A stretch of DNA of 64,000 nucleotides, taken from an uncultured delta proteobacterium. GTDB lineage: Bacteria; Desulfobacterota; WTBG01; CAIYCZ01. The DNA is taken from positions 12,161 to 76,160 of the forward strand of contig CAWDOY010000036.1 in the NCBI GenBank assembly GCA_963803975.1, given 5' to 3'. This document shows, piece by piece, positions 32,268 through 40,881 of this stretch. The position numbers and the translations under genes were made by a program. The notes below the pieces were generated by a model that was not told the DNA's origin, ran no database searches, and saw only the letters and a program-made list of their open reading frames with translations. Position 1 is the stretch's first letter; the number at the start of each line of letters is the position of its first letter.

Positions 32268-33581
32268 ATGAGTTTACGACGGTTTCAAAAAAATGTACCA
32301 ATGCTCTGCCTGCCACTGATTGTTCTTGCGCTACTTTTTGCGGCTCCGGTTGTGGTCTGTGCGGAACAGCTTAACTTTCCTCTTGCCGCCTTTAGTGACG
32401 AGGAACTGGCAAAAGTGCGCGACTGGGAAAAGACCTGGGCGGGCAAAAAAATTGATCAGAGCAATGTTGACCAGATTAAGGAATTTTTACCAGAATCTTA
32501 TGCCGGCGTTTATAAAAAGCCTGAGGTATGGAATGAGCCCAAGGGGTTCTGGTTTACCATCATTCCCTATAAGCGTTATATCGAGACAAAGGGGATGATT
32601 GAGGCTACTAATAAGTATCATACCCAGGTGAAGGCAGATGCCCAGGGTATTATTCAGAATTATGGCGAAACAGCCGGCATGCCGTTCCCGAATCCGGATT
32701 TATCAGATCCCATGAAGGGTGGGCAGCAACTTGCCTGGAATTATGATTACAATACCCATGGCGATGCCTACCACTGGCTCAGAACCGGCCCGGCCCTTGA
32801 AGTTAAACAGAGGACTGAACGGGTTTCCAGCCAGGACATGACCGAGCTTTATTTCGTGAGCCGTGTGGATGTTGACCCCAAGCCGAACCTTCTTACCAGC
32901 AACCCCAAGGGCATGCGCCGGGGCTATTTCATTCATCTATACAAGCCGCCCGAGTTCGTTAACACCCGCATGTTCAACATCCGCTATCTCGATTACAGCA
33001 AGAGTGATGACGGATATATGTGGTACAGCCAGTTCAGGAGAATACGCAGAATTTCAACAGCGCAACGGACCGACTCTATTGACGGTTCAGACCTCATCTA
33101 TGATGACGAATATTTATGGGACGGCGCAATCCCCAGAAATACGTATAAGTATATCGGCAAAAAAGACCTGCTGTGTACCCGCCAGCTGGATATAAAAAAA
33201 CTGGAACGGGTATCCGGGCAGGGCATGCCCAACGGCATCGCCAGGGAACGGCTGAATACGATAGTTGTTGAAGTCGTGAGCAAAGATAAAAACTACATCT
33301 ATGGGAAGCGGGTGTGGTATCTTGACCCTGAAAGTTACTACATACAGTGGACAGAGATTTATGACAACCTCGGCAGGTTCTGGAAGTGTTTTGAGAACTG
33401 GACGAATCAGTTTAAGGAAGAAGCAACCGGTGAAATGAAAAAGGTAATTGTCGGCACTGAATTCATGGATTTTCAGCGGACTCATTGCGGCATCAGCATC
33501 CAGGAATGCAAAGGTGTCGGCCTGACACAAGTTGACCAGAACATGTTCACCATCAATAACCTGCAGAAGGGCGGTTACTAA
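32268..33581 (+). CDS. DUF1329 periplasmic LolA-like protein, copy B (intact)
   Basis: AGMPFPNP, QFRRIRRIS, RTDSIDGSDLIYDD, KRVWYLDPE, YDNLGRFWK. Confidence 0.9.
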   Translation: MSLRRFQKNVPMLCLPLIVLALLFAAPVVVCAEQLNFPLAAFSDEELAKVRDWEKTWAGKKIDQSNVDQIKEFLPESYAGVYKKPEVWNEPKGFWFTIIPYKRYIETKGMIEATNKYHTQVKADAQGIIQNYGETAGMPFPNPDLSDPMKGGQQLAWNYDYNTHGDAYHWLRTGPALEVKQRTERVSSQDMTELYFVSRVDVDPKPNLLTSNPKGMRRGYFIHLYKPPEFVNTRMFNIRYLDYSKSDDGYMWYSQFRRIRRISTAQRTDSIDGSDLIYDDEYLWDGAIPRNTYKYIGKKDLLCTRQLDIKKLERVSGQGMPNGIARERLNTIVVEVVSKDKNYIYGKRVWYLDPESYYIQWTEIYDNLGRFWKCFENWTNQFKEEATGEMKKVIVGTEFMDFQRTHCGISIQECKGVGLTQVDQNMFTINNLQKGGY

Positions 33582-33606
33582 TAACTGCCAGGTAACAGAA
33601 GAAGAT

Positions 33607-33640
33607 AAAAGCCTGTCTCATGTGAGGCAGGCTTTTTTTG
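33607..33640 (+). terminator. Rho-independent terminator
   Basis: AAAAGCCTGTCTCA-TG-TGAGGCAGGCTTTTTTT. Confidence 0.85.
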
Positions 33641-33678
33641 TCGTTGTGGAGCGAAGCGCAGCAAAAAAATAAAATTTC

Positions 33679-33721
33679 TTGACATAAATCCTGCGATTTA
33701 GTTATATATGAGCGCACTCAT
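33679..33721 (+). promoter_or_regulatory. Sigma-70-type promoter with operator ATGAG-CGCA-CTCAT
   Basis: TTGACATAAAT at 33679 (same 11-mer as at 25624), TATATA -10-like box, palindrome at 33708-33721. Confidence 0.65.
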
Positions 33722-33893
33722 GACAGGCAGACTGTAGATGACAGGTCACCATCTTGCCACGTATGTACAGGTATTTGTTCAGTATGCGTCATAAAAAAGT
33801 ATTCCGATTCTCCAGAAGCATCCTGCAATTTGCTGCAACAATTCCTGATACTATAAATGATACTATAAAACATAAATCAGAAGGAGGACATGC

Positions 33894-34664
33894 ATGCTAA
33901 GGGCACTCGCTATTGCGGTCTCAGGTATCGTATATTTTATTTTGTCCCTGCTCATATTTCTGCCATTTCGCATGAAACCGGTGGAGAACTACAACCTGTT
34001 TGCTTTACCCATCCTAGCAGCTATTTTTCTCGGGCTGGTATATAAAGTCTGCACGGTTGAAAAAGAGAGCAAAGGCTATCTGTATGCTTTTTACGCAGGC
34101 ATCCTTATGTGGCAGGTAGTCGGTGAAATTCCCTTTATCAAGGTTCCTGCCGGACACATACTACAGTTCAGCGACCTCAACATTAAGATGCTCGGCGGGT
34201 ACTACTATACGCTTGCCGGGTGGATACTGCTGCACATTTTATGGCGGAGCGGGGCAATTAAAAAGCAATTGGCATTCATGTTTGTCATATTTCTTGGCAT
34301 ATGGTCGTTTGAGCTCTACATGGACAACTATTCATTCAGGGTCGCGATGCAGGTCATGCCCATGGTATCCAATGTGATTATGCTGTTCTCCGTGATCGTG
34401 AGTATTATCCTTCTTGTGCTTGCGAGAAAAGCAGCGACCATCGAGAAGAAAACAGTTATCGGCGGTGTTTTATATATATCCATCTCGCTCATCATGATGG
34501 CTTCCGGGCAATGGAAAAAGCCGCAGGATTTTTATATTAAATATGAGAGCACCGGCATAGAGAATGAAATTAAGGAACTGCAGGAAGAGCGCCAGTATAT
34601 TGAAGAAATCAAAACAACGATGAGCATACAGTCCTATATGACTCCCAATCCCTGGGCACGCTGA
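33894..34664 (+). CDS. Hypothetical multi-pass membrane protein with C-terminal coiled coil
   Basis: About 7 hydrophobic segments; AGGAGG RBS. Confidence 0.8.
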   Translation: MLRALAIAVSGIVYFILSLLIFLPFRMKPVENYNLFALPILAAIFLGLVYKVCTVEKESKGYLYAFYAGILMWQVVGEIPFIKVPAGHILQFSDLNIKMLGGYYYTLAGWILLHILWRSGAIKKQLAFMFVIFLGIWSFELYMDNYSFRVAMQVMPMVSNVIMLFSVIVSIILLVLARKAATIEKKTVIGGVLYISISLIMMASGQWKKPQDFYIKYESTGIENEIKELQEERQYIEEIKTTMSIQSYMTPNPWAR

Positions 34665-34727
34665 AGATACTTATAGGAACCTGTTGTTATAAACGAGATA
34701 TCCCATTAGATAATCGGAGGACACCGT

Positions 34728-35380
34728 ATGGCAGAAAACTACACCACCCCGCTTGCCCGTGCGGCAAGAATTATGGAAATTATTATCCCCTGCTATATGT
34801 TTGGCAAGGCCTGGGGGATAGCTGACGCAAAGACGGTTGACCTGTTCCGCGCCATGTTCCCCCCGTTTCTGATCAATATAGCAGAATTTTTTAAAAAAAT
34901 AATGGTGACGGATAACGCCAATATCCAGCGATTCTTTTCCACTGTTTCAGGTGCGATAGTTGGTTTTATTGTTGTTGCGCTGCTGGCACTTATCATGCAT
35001 TTTGTGCTGCGGGACAGAAGATATATTAATTCCCTGCGGTTTACCGCAGTCTCTCTTTGATACCGATTGCTGTTTTGAACGGCACACTCTCTCATGCGAT
35101 AAAAACCCTGGTGGAAAATATGGGCACGCAGACTGCTGACGCGCTCTATGCAAGCACGGTAAGCAGCTCCCGGGGTAATATTCTGATAGACGGCACCTTT
35201 TACCTGACTGCCATGTGGATGATGGGGCGGCGGACTGGGGTCAGCCGCGGAAGACGCTACGGCGTTATTGGCGTGGGCATCGGCTTTATGGTGATCTATA
35301 TGGCACTGGGCCTGATGATATCTCCCGGTGAATGGCAGGCGCTTCTGCCTAAACTGCAACAGGCGTTAGCCAATCACTAA
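34728..35380 (+). CDS. Hypothetical membrane protein (frameshift near 35055)
   Basis: Two overlapping hydrophobic ORFs; GGAGG RBS. Confidence 0.7.
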
Positions 35381-35396
35381 AAGGAGGGGATTGTAC

Positions 35397-36503
35397 ATGA
35401 ACATAACAAAACAGCGTTTTGTCACTATAAATAAATACGCACTCTGGGCTGCGATCATAGTGTACCTCTATGGCCTGTTTGGAACAAAAATAATGCAGAT
35501 AGGAATTTTTTTCGCTCTTGCAGCAGGATTTTTTAATCTGCTGCATCAGAAATATTTCATCGCCCGGCCGCGGCTTGCAGCGCATATCTGGCTTTTGCCG
35601 GCTGTCATCGGCGTGTTCACCTATCCAATGCTCATGGAGAAGCAGCCGAGCGGCCAGAACGCGTTTTATTTCATGCTGACCCTCATCATCAGCCTGATCC
35701 CGTACCTGCTGCTGATCTTCGGCAAAACCGAAGAGCAGCCGCCCAAGAAAGAGCGCCTCAAGGTAATCAGCTTCCGCATTTTTACGCAGATAACGGTGTT
35801 CATGCTCTATGCGGTGCTGACTGCTTATTCATTCATCTACGGATCGAATGTGGCTCTTTTTTTCTGGGGCATGTTTCATGTAATTACGGTAGCCATTTTA
35901 CCGTTTCTCTTCGGCAGGGTGCTGTGCGGCTGGCTGTGCCCCAATGCGACACTTCAGGACGGCCTGTTTAAGAACATGACCTATAAGCGCCCCATTCCGA
36001 AGCTGCCCCAGGCAATTGAAGAGCAGAGCCACAGCACTGCCATGTATCTGAGCGGCGAGGTTGATAAGAATGCTCCGTATTTCCCCTTTACCCTGCTTGT
36101 TTCATGGTTCCCCATGTTTTTTGTTGAGACCATGTTTGATCTCACCGGCGACCTCTGGTACCCCATATACTTCATGTATGGCCTCTATATTGGCTCCCTG
36201 CTGCTGCCGTGGCGGAAGATGTGCACCCATTTCTGCTGGCTGTCATCGTATCGCGGTATTGCTGCTCACGGCAGCCTGTGGCGCATCCGGTATAACAAAT
36301 CAAAATGCAAACAATGCAAAGTGTGCCAGGCAGAGAAAGCCTGCCCGTTCTATATTGACATATGCAATCAGGATAATGAGATGCCGGCAACCTGCTGTCT
36401 GTGCTTCAGCTGCATGGAAGCATGCCCGTTTGAGGGGGTCATAACGTTTAAGAGAGCTCCGGAGGAAAAAGCGCGGGTAAAGGCCTTGGGGAAAGCCGCG
36501 TAA
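35397..36503 (+). CDS. Membrane-bound 4Fe-4S protein, NapH/MauN/NosR-C type
   Basis: TM helices; GRVLCGWLCP, CTHFCW, CKQCKVC....ACP, CCLCFSCMEACP. Confidence 0.88.
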   Translation: MNITKQRFVTINKYALWAAIIVYLYGLFGTKIMQIGIFFALAAGFFNLLHQKYFIARPRLAAHIWLLPAVIGVFTYPMLMEKQPSGQNAFYFMLTLIISLIPYLLLIFGKTEEQPPKKERLKVISFRIFTQITVFMLYAVLTAYSFIYGSNVALFFWGMFHVITVAILPFLFGRVLCGWLCPNATLQDGLFKNMTYKRPIPKLPQAIEEQSHSTAMYLSGEVDKNAPYFPFTLLVSWFPMFFVETMFDLTGDLWYPIYFMYGLYIGSLLLPWRKMCTHFCWLSSYRGIAAHGSLWRIRYNKSKCKQCKVCQAEKACPFYIDICNQDNEMPATCCLCFSCMEACPFEGVITFKRAPEEKARVKALGKAA

Positions 36504-36559
36504 TCCATACGGCCGGCATTATTTTGTGAAACTTAAATCTGCAGGATGGAGGGGAGTCT

Positions 36560-37257
36560 ATGGAAAGTCTCAAAGATATTCAGACGCTTGCTTTGGCTGA
36601 GATAAAAAAGAGATTTTCACTCAACCCGGTCCGGCTCAAATATCCGTTTCCGGAACGCTCAAAAAGAACGCTTGGCCTGGTAAAAGTAGACGGACAGGTC
36701 TACAGCTCAGAGCAGTTTTCCCGCGTGGTGTTCATGAAAATAGACTTGCCGTTCTATCTTTCAGTGCGCTCAACCTTTCTGCGTCCCCGCATTGAACTTG
36801 ATTTGCCGGTGTTCACCGGTGAGGTCGTCATAACCGGCAAGAAGCGCATGGTCATGATAGATATTCACCGGGCCGGCGACGATGGGCAGCATGACGATAA
36901 CGCGCTGTTCGACCGTATGATACAAATACGGACCGGTATCCGGCCCTGCTAAAGAAGTCGGGTGCTGTCCAGGGAGAAATTCAGAGCGTTTTTTCAAGGG
37001 CAGCTGTTCAGTCACGCATTACCGAAGCGCAGGATGAAGATGCGCGTAACATCTTTCGCGAGTATCTAAATGTCTTTCTTGACCTGACCCAGAAATCAAC
37101 GCCCCTCACCGGCGAATCGCTTGAACGGGCAAACAATGGTTTTGAAAAATATCTAAAGACCGTTGTCGACCACGACCCGGGCGTCAAGGGCTATAAGGTT
37201 CTGTTCGGCAAAGACAGCGGCGTGACCCGCGCATTAGATATATTTTTTGACCGGTAG
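36560..37257 (+). CDS. Cytoplasmic FDBR/RCCR-like protein (frameshifted near 36930-37010)
   Basis: FLRPRIELDLPVFTGEVV, MIDIH; downstream frame reads IFREYLNVFLDL...FEKYLKTVVDHDPGVKGYKVLFGKD...ALDIFFDR*. Confidence 0.72.
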
Positions 37258-37357
37258 GATGGCGCTGCTGCATGCTGTTTCCCCGTTGAGCAATTAATCT
37301 AACCGAATACCCCCCCTTAATCTATATAAAAAAAGTGCATGAGAAGGGAGCTTCAGG

Positions 37358-38026
37358 ATGGCTGGCATAGTGGAAGGAATACAACAGGCTATTGTGGAGG
37401 GAGATGATGACATTGCGGCAGCGCAGACAAAAAAAGCCATAGAGGATGGTGTTGATACATTAGAGATTTTCAGGAAGGCAATAATACCCGGCATAGAGCA
37501 GGCCGGGAAATTATGGCAGGAGAATGTCTACTTTATGCCTGATGTGGTGCTCAGCGCAGAGGCTTTCAAGGCTGCATTAAAGGTTATAGAACCGTATCTT
37601 AAAAAGATAGATGCACGCTATACAGGTAAAATTCTGCAGGGCGTTGTGGCTGGTGACATGCATGACTTAGGCAAAAGCATCGTCATAGCAGTACTCATGG
37701 GCGCGGGATTTGAAGTCATAGATCTGGGAGTTGATATTCCCGCAGAGGTATTTATTAAAAAAATAAAGGAGCTTCAGCCGGATATTTTGGGGGTTGGTTG
37801 TTATATGACCACTACTATGCTCGGGGTGAAGGAATTGATGCAGGCGCTGCAGGAGCATGGGCTGCGCAATAAGGTTAAAGTAATGATTGGCGGCGTGCCA
37901 ACAACACAACAGTTCGCCGATGAGATAGGGGCAGATGCCTGGGGCAAAGATGCTCTTGATGCAGCTATAAAAGCAAAGCAGCTTATGGAGGCCGTGCCTA
38001 AATGCTTCGATTCGCAAATACGGTGA
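37358..38026 (+). CDS. Corrinoid (B12-binding) methyl-carrier protein, MtaC/MttC-like
   Basis: Four-helix cap (YFMPDVVLSAEAF); GDMHDLGK (DxHxxG); VIDLGVD; VMIGG. Confidence 0.95.
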   Translation: MAGIVEGIQQAIVEGDDDIAAAQTKKAIEDGVDTLEIFRKAIIPGIEQAGKLWQENVYFMPDVVLSAEAFKAALKVIEPYLKKIDARYTGKILQGVVAGDMHDLGKSIVIAVLMGAGFEVIDLGVDIPAEVFIKKIKELQPDILGVGCYMTTTMLGVKELMQALQEHGLRNKVKVMIGGVPTTQQFADEIGADAWGKDALDAAIKAKQLMEAVPKCFDSQIR

Positions 38027-38056
38027 CGTAGGGGATACAAAGAAATGCCTTGCAAT

Positions 38057-38085
38057 GCTCACTCAGCACTAAGTACTGAGTGAGT
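38057..38085. other. Intergenic hairpin
   Basis: CTCACTCAG...CTGAGTGAG inverted repeat followed by TTGACA at 38090. Confidence 0.45.
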
Positions 38086-38122
38086 AAATTTGACATCAAA
38101 TTTATAAAGCGTAGGACTTAGC

Positions 38123-39399
38123 ATGAACCATGGAGAGCAGACTAAGGAAGATGCCCCGCCGATCACTCAAGCAGCAAAAACCGGCACTGCCCATGATCCC
38201 CGTGACCCAAAGACATGGTGGATGGCGTATGCAGCAGAGTGGCCTGCACGGATACCCGTCTTAGCACCCGTAACTGGCTGATCAGGCCAGCACCTTACGG
38301 GAGTTTCAGCAAAGAAGCTGTATGCCGATGCTGCCTGCAATGTAAACCTGCAGGCGGCCTTAGCTGCGTACTATTGCCTTGATGCGGCTGTGGGGGTAGG
38401 AGATACCTACAATTATGAAGCTGAGGCAATGGGGCAAAAGATGATTTACAGTGAAACAGCCATGCCCACGATTGATTCCCGCAGCCCGCTGATACAGCTT
38501 CCGGAGGATTTGAAAAAAATAAAGATTCCGAACTGACCAGTGCCGGCCGTATACCCTTTGTCCTTGATCTTATCAACCTGAACGGCACGATAGGTGCGAA
38601 AACCGGTAAGTTCTGTGCGCCATTCAGCCTTGCGGTATGCATTCGGACGTATCCGCAATTGATTAAAGACCTGAGAAAAAATCCTGAATTTGCCCATGAC
38701 CTCTTTACCTTTTTAGTAGATGAAATACTTACACCCTATTTACAGGTGCAAAAGCAGCAGTGTGATATCAGCAGCGCAACTGCTCGGATAGCCTGGGCAT
38801 CTTTCCCCAATGTGACTCCTGAGCTTTCAGAAAAGTGGGTGATACCCTATGCTGAAAGGCTATTTAAGAATTGTTCAAAATTTGGCGTAGCCGCCTTGGT
38901 TGCCGGCAGCTGTGACTACTGTGAGGAGCGCATCGAAAAGTTTAACAAGGAGATTCTTTTTAAGTGTTTTGACATTCAAAAAAGGCTTGCTTTTGACCGG
39001 CCGGTAGTGTTCTTGGAGTTTTGGGTCGCTGGCATGAATATCCTCTTGAACCGGTCGTTGAATATGTAGAGCAATACAAAATAAATAATATTCGTGCTAC
39101 CATCATGGCCACCATTAGTGCCCGGCTTTTAAGGGACGGCCCGATAGAGATGATTGTGAAAAACATCAAGCGGTTTATTGATGTGCTGGGCCGTGACCAC
39201 AATGTAGTTATTCTTATGGCCAATGTCCCTGCCGACACCCCTTCGCGTCATATTCACGCTGCGGTCAGCTGCAGTACATACCTATGGTCAGCTGCCCCTG
39301 GCTGGAGATCTCGACACAAGAGCATTTCAGATACCTGAGCGGGAGTCGTTTCATGAGTATGTAAAAACCATGTCAGGCGGGAGTGATGTCATCTTTTAG
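38123..39399 (+). CDS. Uroporphyrinogen-decarboxylase-family / MtaA-like methyltransferase (heavily frameshifted)
   Basis: Fragments RIPV, YNYEAEAMG, AGRIPFV, DLRKNPEFAHDL, LLRDGP, ANVPADTP..HIHAAV. Confidence 0.75.
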
Positions 39400-39417
39400 T
39401 GTCCCTATCGGGGATGG

Positions 39418-39614
39418 TTGAAACCCCTCGCCTTTAGGCGAAGCAAGTTTTGTTTTGTCGCGTTGCGACTTGTCATTCCGGCCACCGAGCCGGAATCCAG
39501 GGTATAGGGCACTTGGGGCTTCTGGATGCCGGATCAAGTCCGGCATGACAGAAATAGTTGATTTTAATCAACACATATTAGAACCCCTCGTCTTATAGAC
39601 GAGGGTTGTTCAGT
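39418..39614. mobile_element. Possible non-autonomous IS200/IS605-type end remnant enclosing a palindromic REP-like element
   Basis: Two related hairpins GAAACCCCTCGCCTTTAGGCGA and GAACCCCTCGTCTTATAGACGAGGGTTGTTCA flank TGTCATTCCGGC...CCGGCATGACA (39471-39550); no transposase present. Confidence 0.45.
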
Positions 39615-39669
39615 AATAAAAAGAGAATGTTGCTAACGTGAGAGCAAATTGTAAAAGTCTTCAAGAAAC

Positions 39670-39925
39670 GGGATTGCTTCACTTCGCTCGCAATGACAAA
39701 TGGCGTCTGTGCTGTCATTGCGAGCATCTGACCCCGGCGCTGCGCTTCGGGGTTGTTCATGAAAGAAACAAGTCTCGGGAGACCCCTCTTACATCCCCCT
39801 TTAATGGCAAGGGGGGAACCAGGGGGGTGTCATTGCATGCATGAACCACCTGCACAATGTTTTTGAATTGTGCATGAACGGAAGTTTCTTTGGAGAAGTG
39901 CAGCGACGAAGTAATTTCTGGAAAT
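39670..39925. repeat. Cluster of REP-like palindromes
   Basis: GGATTGCTTC..TCGCAATGACA / TGTCATTGCGAG inverted pair; CCCCCTT...AAGGGGG hairpin. Confidence 0.55.
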
Positions 39926-39966
39926 ATGACTTTTGCAATTGGCTCGTGAGAATAAATTTATAATAT

Positions 39967-40869
39967 ATGCACAAATTTAGCAGAGCACAACAGGTCTATA
40001 CCATTGCCGGAGTTGACATTGGCGGACAGCCCGGAGAATATCCTACCGTGCTTGTAGGAAGCATCTTTTTCAGCAAGCACAAAATAGTGAGCGATCCGCT
40101 CAAGGGCATCTTTGATCAGGAGGCTGCACTGGCCCTGTTACAGCAGGAACAGGAAGTATCAGCTTTTACGGGAAATCCGCGTTTTGTTGATCCAATCGGT
40201 GACACCGGGGAGGCGCTGATACAGTACATAAAATTTATTGCAGCACATACAACGGCTCCGATACTTATTGATTCACCGCTGCCTGCAGCGCGGCTGGAAG
40301 CGATCAGATATTTTGCCGGAAGCGATGTGATGCCCCGCCTGATATATAATTCTATTGCCGAAGATTTTACCGAGGAAGAGCTGCTCTGCATGAAAGAATG
40401 CGGAATCAAGAATGCTATTATACTTGCCTTCAGCACCACAGCAATGAGACCAAAGGACCGGATTAAACTGCTTAAGGAAAAACTCCTTCCGGCAGCCGAG
40501 CGTGCGCAGGTGGAAAACATACTTGTTGATCCAGGCGTGCTCGATATACCCAGTGTAAGCTGGGCGGCCCTGGCAATTCAAGAAGTTAAGGAAGAATTTG
40601 GTTTTCCTGCGGGCTGTGCGCCGTCTAATGCCCTGCTTAAATGGGAGAAAGTACACCAGCGGGGAACAGCAGCTTTTCAGGCAGCAGCAGCAGCCGTTTA
40701 CTCTCTTACCACCCTGCACGGCGCAGATTTTGTTCTGTACGGACCGATTCGTTTCGCGCCGTGGATTTATCCTGCGTGCGCAGCTGTTGATGCTATGCTT
40801 GCGTACGGAGGCCGTTTTAACGGTATTCGACCTGCTTCCCAGAATCATCCTCTCTATAAAATATTTTAA
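39967..40869 (+). CDS. MtrH/MtgA-like methylcorrinoid:pterin methyltransferase
   Basis: IGGQPGEYPTVLVGSIF, PILIDS, IYNSI, LVDPGVLD, GCAPSNA, GADFVLYGP. Confidence 0.92.
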   Translation: MHKFSRAQQVYTIAGVDIGGQPGEYPTVLVGSIFFSKHKIVSDPLKGIFDQEAALALLQQEQEVSAFTGNPRFVDPIGDTGEALIQYIKFIAAHTTAPILIDSPLPAARLEAIRYFAGSDVMPRLIYNSIAEDFTEEELLCMKECGIKNAIILAFSTTAMRPKDRIKLLKEKLLPAAERAQVENILVDPGVLDIPSVSWAALAIQEVKEEFGFPAGCAPSNALLKWEKVHQRGTAAFQAAAAAVYSLTTLHGADFVLYGPIRFAPWIYPACAAVDAMLAYGGRFNGIRPASQNHPLYKIF

Positions 40870-40881
40870 GGGGCTTTAACC

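Noticed and set aside
37258..38122. Cobalamin riboswitch near the corrinoid genes
   Set aside because: Intergenic gaps are only ~100 bp and lack B12-box consensus elements
38123..39399. Pyrrolysine or selenocysteine readthrough in the methyltransferase
   Set aside because: The breaks change reading frame rather than being in-frame TAG/TGA; the protein is not MttB/MtmB family
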